Shown one piece after another: positions 23,511 through 35,753 of a stretch of 64,000 nucleotides of DNA (positions are counted from its first letter, which is position 1; every line of letters starts with the position of its first letter). This DNA comes from Blepharisma stoltei ATCC 30299 (taxonomy: Eukaryota; Protista; Ciliophora), in the NCBI GenBank assembly GCA_965603825.1, contig CBFDEM010000015.1, positions 124,001 to 188,000 of the forward strand, in the 5' to 3' direction. Position numbers and translations under genes: made by a program. Under the pieces are notes generated by a model that did not search any database, was not told where the DNA came from, and saw only the letters and a list, made by a program, of their open reading frames with translations.

Positions 23511-24323
23511 CTATCCTTCGCCTCTCCTTCTCTTCTTTCTGGTGACCATTATATGTGCTAACGTAGGATTGTTCTTTTCTATCTTATCTAAGCATTGCTC
23601 CACCATAAAAGTGTACGCTTTTGCATTCAGAAAAGAGTCAAAGACTACAGGTATGTTATTTCTTTCAAAAAAATTCCTATCAACTCTATATCTTCTCATA
23701 ATTCAATCAATTTTTTTCATATGATACTTGCTATTATACGCAGATTTGCAGGTTTTACATAGCGCCCTTTTGAGTATTGGGCACCTAACTAAGTCACTTT
23801 TTATTGACAATCCACAGGATATACAAGTATTATGTTTCTTTTCCAAATAAGCTAATTTTCCATCAGCTGGGTTATTTTGAGTTTTATCAGGAATTCATTT
23901 ATTTCAGACTTCTGAGTTCCAGGAGTAATAATAAAATTCTTTGGAGACACATGAAATTATAGCTGCTTCTTCTGGGGTCAAAAATTTAAAAATTTCAATT
24001 CAAGCTCGTTTAAAATAAGTTTTGGGCTCTGGAGCTTCAAGCTTTTTTATTGGGGCGATCGTGCTTAAATTTAAAATTTGGAACTGTTTGTTCCATTTTT
24101 CAGCGAATTCTATTGCTTCTTGAGGAGACTCTGAAGAAATTTTGAGTGGGGATAAGGATAAAGGGGTATAACAAGGAATATGAAATTTTGATTTTATTCA
24201 TTTTCCGTATATACTTAGCTTTTTACCAACAGCTATAGGACCTAGACCAGGTTTTCCACACTTATCGCAGCATTTTAAAGGTTTGTCTTCGATTTCAAAT
24301 ATTTGTTCTGAGAACGCGGACAT
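23511..24323 (-). CDS. F-box protein with N-terminal CxxC..HxxC and C-terminal Cys-rich zinc-finger-like motifs, 270 aa
   Basis: Hand translation with 5 TGA=Trp gives CDKC-x25-HIPC, the F-box-like KRAWIEIFKFLTPEEAAIISCVSKEFYYYSWNSEVW, then CISC..RCPILKRALCKTC and a basic RKKRRR tail. Confidence 0.8.
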
Positions 24324-24457
24324 TTTTCTGGTCTTGATTATTTAAATTTGATTTAAGGGGATTACGATTTTAAGTTTTTAAATGGTGCGTTAAATCATAT
24401 GTATTTGAGAATTAAATAGTGATTGTAAACTTATTTTAAATGCTGATGGACTACTAG

Positions 24458-25381
24458 TTAAGACATGGATTTTGGTATTGAGCTTCCTAATATCTCTTCT
24501 AAATCAATATCTTCTGTCTTCTGTGCAACTGGAGTTTTTTTCTTTGGAAATTGATTGAAAAATCGCTTTGGTTGGTTTTCTAAAGTTCTTTCTTCAGGCT
24601 TTGTAAGTGATCTTGACAAGTATTGGTTTTGCTTTTTTGAATTTTCTGCTTCTTGCAGAGAGTCTTGAAGAAACTTAGCTTCCGTTGCGACTCTATTCAT
24701 CTGAGAGGTAAAATACTCCCCAAAAATCCTCAATTCTTCACTTGCCTCTCTTCTTAAATTTTTTACATCCACAGAAATTCTTATTAAATTCGGCTTCACT
24801 TCATCAATTATTTTATTTTTCATATTCGAGACTGAAATCTGTGTTATTTTTACCTTCAAATTTGTATTTTCATTAGAAATTTTCCTAATTTTTTCATTTG
24901 CTTCATCTAATTGCAGCTGCAGCTCAATATTTCTCTTAATCAGTTCTGAGTTTCTATATAATTTTTACTCTAAGTTCTCTTCACTTAGTCCAAGCATCAT
25001 ATATTTTTCTTTAATCTTTTCATTTTCCATATCAAGCTGCCTTTGCCTAATTTCGCATTCTTCATGCTTCTTTAGAATTTCCAGCTCTTTTTTCTCGAAT
25101 TCTTTATACATAGAGCTTCTTTCAAAAGATACTAAAACATTTAGCTCGTTAATTTGTTTTTGGAGTCTTTTATAGGCCAATTCTAATGATTCTAAAGCAT
25201 TGCCTTGCCCAGAATTTTGCAGCTTAAAAAGCAGCTGACTATATTCTTCTTTTAATTTCATGTATTTTTCTTCAGAGTGAGAAAGCTGCCTCCTCAAATC
25301 ATCAATTTCTTGATTTTGATGTGATTCTGAAACCCCAAGGTTATCAGCAAGTTTTCTGATTCCAGTCATCCAGCCTGACAT
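24458..25381 (-). CDS. Coiled-coil protein, one intron, about 302 aa
   Basis: ORFs 24965-25381 and 24458-24859 join in frame after removing intron 24954-24968. Confidence 0.8.
24954..24968 (-). other. 15-nt intron (GTAAAAATTATATAG)
   Basis: GT..AG, A at position 10, contains the in-frame TAA. Confidence 0.85.
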
Positions 25382-25568
25382 TTTATTTTACTTTATCAGC
25401 AGCATCTTCACTAATAAACTTTGATTTATTAATAATAAAAATTAAATAAATATTTTTCTCTTTGGATTGTAAAAATATGCTATCAAAGCAGAGTTTTCTT
25501 TATAGGAAATCCATAATTGATAAATATTTTAGTGTTCGTTAAAAATTTATAAAATTAAAAATTCGAAT

Positions 25569-25817
25569 ATGGATTCAATTGAAAATTTGAATATGAAAGA
25601 TAGCACGAAACTCAAGCCAAATCATACAAAAATTTGTGAAACACAAGAAACTGTCGCTTCTGAAACAGAAAGCTCATCTAAAACTTTTACAGTAGATAAA
25701 AGTCTTTCACCTCTAATCTGCAGAAGGTTAAAGTTTGTAAGATATAGTACTCGAAATGCTGATGAAGATATGAAATTGACTAATAAAAGCATTCGCAAAA
25801 GACAGAAGATAAGTTAA
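25569..25817 (+). CDS. Hypothetical protein, 82 aa
   Basis: ATG-TAA ORF with coding-like composition; no family recognised. Confidence 0.5.
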   Translation: MDSIENLNMKDSTKLKPNHTKICETQETVASETESSSKTFTVDKSLSPLICRRLKFVRYSTRNADEDMKLTNKSIRKRQKIS

Positions 25818-26018
25818 CTTACTCTAATATTTATAGAAATTCAAAGCGTTTTCAATTATAAATTCCCTTATTAACTACTGAAAACTGGCTCCTATTAAAT
25901 TCCCTCTATCATTTCAGTCTGCTCCTAAAAGTTACCTTTCCTTTCTCTCATTATCTTTTTTTTCCAATTCTTAATTTTTCCTAACAATTTCTCATAAATA
26001 GATAATAATAGTTTATTT

Positions 26019-29000
26019 ATGAAATCATCGCCTCCAACCCGTTCTCATTCAAAAGACCGAACGCCTTCTGATCCAAAGCGATTTCTCCATTACAGTCGTC
26101 TAAACCCACACGTCTCATCCTCTCCTGAACGAAAAGAGCCAGCATCAGCTAATGTGAAATCCCAGATCCAAAATGTTGTTAAAAAAGTTATATGTAACTC
26201 TTACGCAGCACTAGCAACTCTTAGTGAACAAAATAATCCTAGTCTGGTTGAGTCTCACGAATGAAATGGGCTCGTCAAAGACTTGCAAGAAGAAGAAAAA
26301 AGACTGACCCAAGAAGCTGTTCAGTCTCCAAAATCGTCAAAACTACCCCCAAAAGAGCATTCTAAAGTGTTTGAAATTGTTACTGAAGCACAAGCCAAAA
26401 CTTTGCATGTCCTGAGAGATTCAAAATATATTAACGAGGCCAATTTAAGGCTAAGAATTCAAGAAATTTTCTCAAAGCTGCTTAATAATGTCGAAAGCAG
26501 GCTAAGCAGCAATAAAATTGATCGTTCGCCTACAAGAGATTTGCTTACTGATGTGCAGCAAGAAAATAAGGAATTAAGGGAAAAATCAAGGCGAATGGAA
26601 GATTATGTGAGCAAGCTGAAACTGTCTTTGCAAGAACAAGCCAGAAACAGTGAAGAAGGCTTATCACAAAGAGATATCCACAAAGCAAATGAGTTGATAA
26701 AATCATTAAGAGAAGACATAAATGAAAAATCACGATATATACAAGACCAGGAATTCAAGCTCAGGTCTATTAGGACTGAAAGTGATGCTTTAAAACAAAG
26801 GATTTTTGATTTAGAAAAAAAAATTTTGTCACCTAATAAATCAAGATTAATCAGAGAAGAAAGATCTCCTATTTTAGATGAATACAGCAGAAAAGATAAG
26901 CTAGCCGAAGTTACCAAAGAAAGGGACGAGCTAAAAGAAAAAATTGCAAAATTTTCTCAATATCCTGGAATCTATGAAAAACAAATTAAAAAGCTAAAAG
27001 AAGATAAGCAGGCTGAAAGATTGAAATTCCAAGAATTAATTGAAAAAACGACGTCACCTAGTAAATATTCGAAAAAATATTCAGAACAAAGAAGAGGAGA
27101 AGGGGATAGAAAAGATAGAGACATTGCTGAGCTAAGCTCGACACTTAAAGAGCTTAATGAGGAATATCTAAAAGTTTGCAATTTATATAGAGAACAGACT
27201 GATGAAATTGAAAAAATAAAATCAGAAAATCAAAAAAATGTGAATTTGCTTAAGGAAAGGTATCAAAATAAATGCAAAGAGGTGGAAGAATTAAATAAGC
27301 AGAGAGAAGAAATTTATGATATAAATCAAATGCAGAAAGGGAGAAATACAGCAATAGCTAAAGACTCTAGAGCGAGAAAATTGCAGACATCAAAACCTAT
27401 GCAAGAGGAGAGCCAAAAAGCAGAATATGGTCTTATAATTGAAGAAAAGCAGCAAGAAATTGATAGACTAACAAAACAATTGGCTTGCTTAAAAAGAGAA
27501 AGAGAGTTGCAGCATAAAGAAAATAGAATGCTTCACCAAACTACTAAGGCTGATAGTGAAAGACTGCTTGAATTGCAAAAAGAAGATGAAGAAATCCGAA
27601 ATTTATTAGAAAATCTTTATAAAGACCTTAAAAGTTTGGAAAATGAAAAAAATGAATTATTAGAGCAGTTGTCACGGAGAAATAGTGAAAATGAATTTAC
27701 GATTGAAAATGAAAATTTATTAAAGGAAATAGAGAATAAACGAAAAGCACTAAGAGAATTTGAAAAAAGAGAAGAAGAATTATTTAATAAATATGCTGAA
27801 GAAAAAGAAAAATGCGAAAATTTAACCCAGGATATTGAAAGCTATAAAGATGAGCTGAAAATTGCTAAAGACGCATGGAAACAAAGAGAAACTAAAATAA
27901 TTGAATTTAAACAAAAATTGAAGTTGAGTTTGGAAGAAAAAGTAGAACTAGAAGCAAAAATAAACGAAATGCAAACTAAAATAGATGATATAGCCAAACG
28001 AGATTTTTCGAAAAAGAGCGAAATTGATAATTCAGCTGTTCTTGATAATAAAGAAAAGAAAATTGAAGAATTAGGTAAAGAAAATAGCATGCTAAAAGCT
28101 GAATTATCAGAATCAAAGAACTCTTATGAAGATTTGGAAAAAACATCTACAAAACTGTATTCAGAATTAGCTGCTAAAGATGAATTATCATTAAGTCTTG
28201 AAGAAGAAATAAGTATTCTCAAAAATGAAAATTTTAGTCTAAAAGAAGAACTCTCAAATAAAGAAAATAAGCATAAAGAAAATATTAAAAATCTGGAATT
28301 CCAAATAAATTTACTGAAAAAATATGAAAAAATCAATGAAGACAGCCAAATTAAATCAGATCAATACTTAAAAGAAAAACAAGACTTGCTAACAAGTTTT
28401 GAAAATGAGACTATAAAATCCAATCAATATATTAATGAACTGATAAAAGATTTAGAAAAATTCAAAAATATCTGTAAAGATAAAGATGAAGAAATTGAAT
28501 CAAAAAATGCCAAAATCATTCAGCTTGAAAATACTTTAAAATCTAAAGAAGCTGAAGACTCCATATACAAACAGTCACAATTAGAGCTAACCCAAATAGT
28601 AGCCAATTATCAACAGAAAATTGACATACTAGTGGAAAAGCTAATGAAAAGGAAAAAAATAAATAAAGAACTGAATGAGATTATTGATAGTCATCAAAAA
28701 AATTCTGAAACTTTAGAAGATACAAATAAACGAACATCTGAAGCTTTTCAAAATGAAATAGAGGCTCTAAAAGCAGAAAAAAATAAATTGCAATTATTAA
28801 GTGAAAGGCAAAGCCAGCAGCTGGATGAGCTAACATCCATTTTAGAGCTTGGAAAAAGGCAGCTTGAAACAGAAAGAATACGAAACAGGAATGCCCAAGA
28901 AGAATTAAATCAATTAAAAAATATAGTTAAAGAAGACAAAGAAAAATACCAAGAAGAATTTAAAAAATTAAAAGAAGGCTCAGATGAGCTCTTAAGCGCA

Positions 29001-32000
29001 TTTGAAATTAAAGAATTACGAATAAAAAGCTTAGAGGAAGAGTAATTTTTATTTAGACTTGATATCGCAAGAGAAGATCTTCAAGAAGAAATTAATTCTG
29101 AGCAAGAAATCATTGAAAAATACGAAGAAGTGGAAAAAGAGCTTAAAAAAACGAAAGAAGAATTAAATAAAATTACTGTGGAAAATGAAAACTTGCATAA
29201 AACTATTGAGAATTTCAATGAAAAACCTATAGAATTTTCATTGGAGATAGAGAAATTAAATAAGGAAATAAAAGAAAAATCAGATTTAATTGAGGGAATG
29301 AAAGAAAACATAAAAAAATCAAAGCAGGCTGATACAGATTTACAAGCATTAATTTCACAAAAGACTCAAGAAAATAATCACCTTTTAGAAGAATTCGAAA
29401 AATATAAAGAAGAATCGCTCCTTAAATCACAAGAACAAGCAGAACAATTTGGGAAAATGCTAGAAAATAAGAGTAAAGAAATTGACGAATTATCTTCAGA
29501 AAATAGAAAACATTTAGTTGAAAGAGAAATTCTCCAGAAAAATGCTGCGGATTATAGTAGCCAAATAAATTCTTTGACCAGTCAGATAGAAAACATGGAA
29601 TTAGCCATTAAAGACCATGAAAAAAATAGAGAAAACTCAAATAGGACTATTCAAAATTTGGAAAATGAAATAGCTTTATTATCAGCTGCTATTTACGAAA
29701 ACCTAAAAAATATCGAAATTTTAAATGGAAATCTCAATGAAGGGAAAGAAGAGATATATCAAAAAACCGCCTTAATTGAAGGATTAGAAAGTCAAATTGT
29801 AGAGCTAAAAAATCAAATTTCAGCTAAACAAAATGAGATTTTACTGCAAGAAAACGAAATTAAATCATTAAACGAATTTTTATCAGCTGGATCTGAATCT
29901 GATAAAGAAGCACTTTTGCTTGCAGAAAATCAAAGATTAAGCTCTGAGCTCGAAAACATTGAAATTAAATTTGAAAGTATCCAAGAAGTCTACAATAGTC
30001 AAAAATCATATCTGCTTGATATCCAGCACAAATTTGATACTCTCCAAAATTCTTGCAACAAAGTAACCTCAGAATTAGACTCAAAATCCAATGATCTAGA
30101 ACTAGAAAAACAAAAATCTGAATCCCTTGCAAAAGAAAACCAAGAATTTCTCGAAAATTTCAAAAAGTCTGAATCTCTATTAAAAGAAAAAGAAATCGAA
30201 ATCCAAAATCTAAAAACTGAGCTTGATACCCATACAAAAGAATTTAACGACGGCCGCAATAAACTTTTTGGAATAATTGACAAGCAAAATGAAAAAATTA
30301 ATTCAATTGAAAATTCTTTGCAATTAAAACAGGCAGAATTCCAAAAATTAATAAGCGAAAATTCATCACTTTCAAAACAAATTTCTGACCTAAAAGACAG
30401 TCTTTCTGAAAAAATCTCAGAAATAGATTCAAAACACAAAATAATTACAAGTTTAGAAGACTCTTTAGCTTGCTTAAAATCTCAAATAAATGATTCTGAA
30501 AAAAGCCGCATCTCCAAAGACAATGAAGAGCCAAGTGAAATTTTATTTGAAGTCTCTTTATCCCGTTCAAAATTCCAGCAAGAGTCAGAATTCACCATTT
30601 CAAAAAGTGTAGAAATTCCATTCCAATATACAGAAGAAGACCCAAAATGTCAAGATAGAAGTGTAAGTGTAGTTTGGCCACAAATAGAAGATCTGGAAAA
30701 AGAAATAGACTTAAAAACACAAGAGTAATTTTTATTTAGATTGATTTCTAAAGAAAACGAGCTAGAAGAGCTAACAGGGGACTATGAAAAATTAGAGCAA
30801 TGTATGTGTGCATTGGAAAGAGAAAATATCAAACTTTCTCAGATAAATAATTTATTATCACAGCAGCTTAAAGAAAAAATCGCAAAAAATGATGCTTTAA
30901 CATTAAAAATAAATGAATATGAAGACGATAAAAATAAGCTGGAATCCAGAAGCTCAGCGCTTAAAAAATTCGCTGATGCGTTAGCGAAACAAAAAGCGTC
31001 ACTTGAAGCTAAAACTGGGTCTTTGGAACAAGAAATTAATATTTTTAGACAAAGAAGCTCTTTGGATTTGGACACTAAAAACCAAGTAGAAAGACAATAT
31101 GAGCACCAAATTAAATCATTGCAAGAAACAGTGAATTTGTTAAATAAAGATATAAAAAAGCTGGAGAAGGATTTAGAGGACGCTAATGAGAATCAAAATA
31201 ATTTAAGGAAGCATATAAGTGAGCTAGAGAATGAAATAGCAGAATTTGAAGACAAAAATGAAGAATTATCTAAAAAATATGGCTTAGAAATAGCTAAGGT
31301 AAATGAGCTTGAAAATACAGTGACTTCGCTTGAGATACAAAAAAATAAACTGGCTCAGCAGAATTCTATTTTAATTAGCCAGGTTAAAGAAAAAACTATG
31401 AAAATTGACGCTTTAAGTTCACAGATGAAAATATTGGCCAAGGAAAATAAAGCTTTAATAGCAAGATGTGACAGTTTAAAGAAGCTTTCTAATGCAATTT
31501 CCAAGGAAAAAACAATTTTAAATGAAAAAGCTTCAGAATTAGAAGAAAGAATCAGCCTGAGCATGAGATCGTCAGAAGGCCAAAACGAGCCAAGCAGAAA
31601 CTCAATAGAAATTTTCCAAGGCCAAATCAGGGACTCAGAAATGAAACATCGGCAGAGTTTTTCAATGGAAATCCAAACCTTTGGCATTGAAGCTATTTCT
31701 AATATCCAAGAATCCCTCAGCAATATTTCAGACGCAAACATAAACAGATACAGTGACGCTGAAATTGAACATCTTTTAGCTCAAATTTCTCATCTAGAAA
31801 GCCGAAATTCCAACCTTGAAAAAGACAAAATCCGTCTTTCATCCACAAATATGGTCATCTCCACACAGCTAAAAGACAAACTTAAACAAATCCAAAGCCT
31901 AAATTCACAAAATACGTCATTTAGAGATGAAAATGAAAAACTTGGGTCTCGGTCTCATAGCTTAAAAAAATTTGTAGATGCTTTAACAAAAGAAAAACAA

Positions 32001-34667
32001 AGTTTGCAGTCAAAAATTGACTCACTTGAACAAGAAAATATGTCATTAAGCCATAGAGTTTCGTTGGAAAATGAGTCAGAAAAATATTTGGAAGAAATTA
32101 ATAATCTGAGATATTCGCTGGATTCATTGGCAAATCAAAACCAAAGCTTGGAAAAGCAGCTTGAAGAGTCAAGCATTAAACAAGTAAAACAAAAACATCA
32201 ACAGACGCCTTCTTTTGATTGCTCAGAAGTCATGTTTCAGGCTACTGAAAATAATCTTCAAAATAGATCATCAGAAAATATTTATCAGTCAAGAGGATCA
32301 GGGACGTTTACAAGTGATGTATCTAATACATTATCAATCAGCAAAGAAGAGTCTGTTAGTGTTGAAGCTTTATCAGAGCTAAGATACAAAACAGATGAAG
32401 AAAGAATTTCTGTCTTGGAAAAAGAAAAAATTAAATTAAGCCAAATAAACTTGTTAGTCACTTCACAGCTGAAAGAAAAAATGGCAAAAATTGAAAATTT
32501 AAGCCATGAATTAAGAGAAAGTGAAGAAAATTTGAGAAAACAAGAAACTAGGGCGATTAATATGAAAAAATATGTAGATGCCCTGGTCAAGGAAAACTCG
32601 ATTTTACAAACAAATTATGAGGCTGCTGAAAAAGAAAATTCGCTTCTAAAAGAAAAAAATCCTTGTAAAATAGAAGAAGAATCAAAAATAGGCCAGTATG
32701 AAATCCAAAAGTTGAATGAAGAAATCGAAGCTTTATCTGAAAGTTTATCAGCTGAAAAGCAGCAAAATGAAGAATTATCGTCCTTATTACACCAAAAATC
32801 TGAAAAACTCTCCAGTGCTCAATCAGAGCTCGAAAAAATTGAGTCAAAAAACCAAATTCTTGAAATAAAAAATGAAAAATTAATTCACTCAAATAACATC
32901 GTCTCCACACAGTTAAAAAGCAAAATTTCAAAAAATGAAGCATTAAGCTCCCAAGTAAAAAGACTTACAGAAGAAAATGAAAATATGAGAAACAGGATTT
33001 CTACTATGAAAAAGTTTATTGACGCACTGACTAAAGAAAAGTCAAATGTCCAATTGAGAAATGAAGAGCTGGAAAACAGAATGGCAAGCTCAAGTCAAAG
33101 AGTTTCGCTAGATACAAGTTTGTTGTCCCGACAAGAAAGTGCTGAGGATTGTGAATATTTAAAGCACTCTTTAGAAGATGTTCTGATAAGAAATAAATCG
33201 TTAGAAGACAAGGTTTCTCATTATAAATCAATAGAAAATGAACTGAATAGCCATATAGAAAATTTAAAAAATCAAGTGAAAAATCTTATAGAAGACAGAG
33301 AAAAATTAGTAAAGGAACACAGTGAAATCGCCAGCCAAGTCACTAAAGAGCTTGACATTCTAAAAACCCAGCTAAGCATTTTAGAAAAAGAAAAAGCTAA
33401 ACTTACCCGTATAAACTCCCTTCTAAAGTCTCAGCTTAACGACAAAATGACTAAAAACGAGTCATTATCCACCCGTATAAACAATTTTGAGCAAGAAAAT
33501 GGCACACTGCATACCCGTGTTTCCAGCATGAAAAAGTTCATAGACGCTTTAGCAAGAGAAAAATCCTCATTAGTAGCCAGAATTGAGACTCTTGAAGAAG
33601 AAAATAATTTATTAAAAACACAAAAAGACAGTGAAGATTCTAAAGGAAACCAAGAGGTTGATTTTGATTTAAGCCCTATGTCAATGTCAATTTCTCAAAG
33701 GACCTCAATGGTCAGTGATGCATTTAGCTCCAGCATTGACAATGAAAAAGAAAATCTAAGAAATGAAGTCGCAGAATTGAAGCGAAAATTAATTGCACTG
33801 GGAAACCAAAATGAGAATTTGACTGCAGAAATTGAAGACGCAGAGAACCAGATTTCACTTTTACATCAAGAAAAAGAAAAATTATTAAAAGAGCTGAATG
33901 GTGTGGAAGAGAATTGGAATAAGAAAATTGAAGAAATAGGAAATGCAGTACCAGAGCAGTTTAGGGTCCCGAGTATCCCTGATGCAATAAGGACTATGGA
34001 AAATGAAATAATGATAAAAAATAATGATTTAGCAAGATATACAGAACTTATAGCAAAAATCAATGATGAACTGCCAGTCAATTTCAGAAAACTTGGAATT
34101 TTAGATGCTGTAAGAGCTCTAATTGATCAATATGAAAATTCTGAAATAAAATCTCAGCAATGCTCGTCGCCTGCCCCACACTCAAAAACTTTAGGGGCTG
34201 AATTTAATATGATATCGCCAGATTCTGCATCAGAAACATTTAATATTGAGCTGAACCCTAGCGAGATAGGAGATATGCATTTATCAGTAGAAGAAGCACA
34301 ACACCTATATGCAACTTTAAGAAAAATAGAAGAGGAAAATCAAGAAATTGTGGAAGCAAGAAGAGAGCAAGAACAAGAAAATATGTATTTGAAAGAAAAA
34401 CTAAGGCAAACTGAACAGACAATTATTGGAGGACATGAAGGAGGCCAAGGGTCACTTTTAGAATTGAAAATGCTTGTAATAAGCTTGGCAGATATGATTG
34501 GTCCTCAGAGGTTGGAAATTGAGGCTTGCCTAAAAGAAATTTTGACAATTTTAGGCATGACGAAAGAGGAGATTGCCCAGATTGAAGAAAGGAGAAATAG
34601 AGCTAAAGGAACTATGGAAAAGACTTCAAAATTGAAAAAAATATTTTCTAGAAGCAAAAAAGGATAA
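26019..34667 (+). CDS. Giant coiled-coil protein (2872 aa) with six internal repeats and a GRIP-like C-terminus; golgin-like
   Basis: Four ORF pieces in one frame, joined by TGA 26262-26264 and introns 29042-29056 and 30725-30739. C-terminal LLELKMLVISL..CLKEILTILGMTKEEI resembles a GRIP/GRAB helix pattern (tentative). Confidence 0.85.
29042..29056 (+). other. 15-nt intron (GTAATTTTTATTTAG)
   Basis: Contains the in-frame TAA that ends ORF 26283-29045; the frame continues afterwards. Confidence 0.9.
30725..30739 (+). other. 15-nt intron (GTAATTTTTATTTAG)
   Basis: Identical to 29042-29056; contains the in-frame TAA that ends ORF 29130-30728. Confidence 0.9.
30813..33600 (+). repeat. Six degenerate protein-level repeats of about 75 aa within the giant coiled-coil gene
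   Basis: Recurring LE.EK.KL..IN.L..SQLK.K..K.E.L...........R...MKKF.DAL.KEK..L.......LE.E. Confidence 0.85.
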
Positions 34668-34935
34668 TTAATTTTAAACTTAATAAATTAATAAAAAAAA
34701 AAGATTATAGTTCAATTTTGAACAAAAATAGTAAAAGTATTGAAGCTTGAAAAATAAAGAGACATAATTTAAATCACCATTTTCTAAGAGAAAATTATTG
34801 TTAAATTGATTATTGAAGTCTATTTACATAGATAAGACTTTTAATACTAGCCAAATATAAATTTTTGTAATAAAAAAAAGAAAAATAATATTAAATGCAT
34901 CCTAATATTGAATATAATAAGTTTTCTTTAAATTA

Positions 34936-35724
34936 ATGGATCAACTTTCAAAAATAGAAGAAAGCTACTTATATGACCTACAGAAAGTCTCAATTTTGAA
35001 CTCATCGATCAAAAATACTCGGGGGTTTCAATACACTTGAACTCAATCTCTATCTACCCTTCAGAAGCCAGATCCTTTACCTCAAGCTTTAAAAGCTGCA
35101 ACCCTCATAGAAAATAGTCTCCTCGATTTATCGACAACAAAAAGAATTTCAAAAAAAAATCGTCCCGGAGTCTTAACAGCAGAAAATACTCCAATGCCCA
35201 GAAGAAGCATAATAAATTTCGGCTCAAATCCAAATTTCCGCAGAAAATTTCACTCGACTACAGTTGTTGCAAGTAGCGATAATACTCCTGTAGGGCGTCG
35301 AAATATAAATACCTTTCAATCTGGTATATGAGAGCACTATGAAGATTTAGGCCAAAAATTAGACGCGATTTCTCATCACAAGGTAAACTTAAGAGACATC
35401 CTTTCTGATAAGAAATCCAGTAGCATTCAAGATGAAAAATATGTAAAAGACCTTTTTAGCACAGAAAATATTTTTTCAGAAACCACTTTAAATCAATTAA
35501 AAACTTTAGACGAAAAAGTCAGGCAAATGAAAAATGACTTAAAACGCAAAAGATTTACTAGGAATATAAGAAGCCAAAGCTCAGGGAATCTTTCGATTAT
35601 TCAAAATAAAAGCTTAAACAGCACTTCCACAGAATTTCCAAAATTAAGCTACACCCCTCAAGCGTACCAATCTCGAGAAATTCCTAAATTTTCAGCTGTA
35701 AAATTACAAAAATATTATAAATAA
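34936..35724 (+). CDS. Hypothetical protein, 262 aa
   Basis: ATG 34936 (MDQLSKIEESYL) reads in frame through two TGA into ORF 35527-35724. Confidence 0.75.
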
Positions 35725-35753
35725 AGTAAAAAATTCATATAAATTTAAACTTA

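Noticed and set aside
29042-30739. Two identical introns as evidence of intron mobility (introner)
   Set aside because: GTAATTTTTATTTAG is close to the consensus of a 15-nt AT-rich intron (the PDE intron differs by one base), so chance identity is plausible.
26545-34081. Numerous antisense ORFs rich in S/F/L/I opposite the large genes (also within 15812-17403, 45573-47864, 52470-53804)
   Set aside because: Shadow frames of K/E-rich coding sequence with no family motifs.
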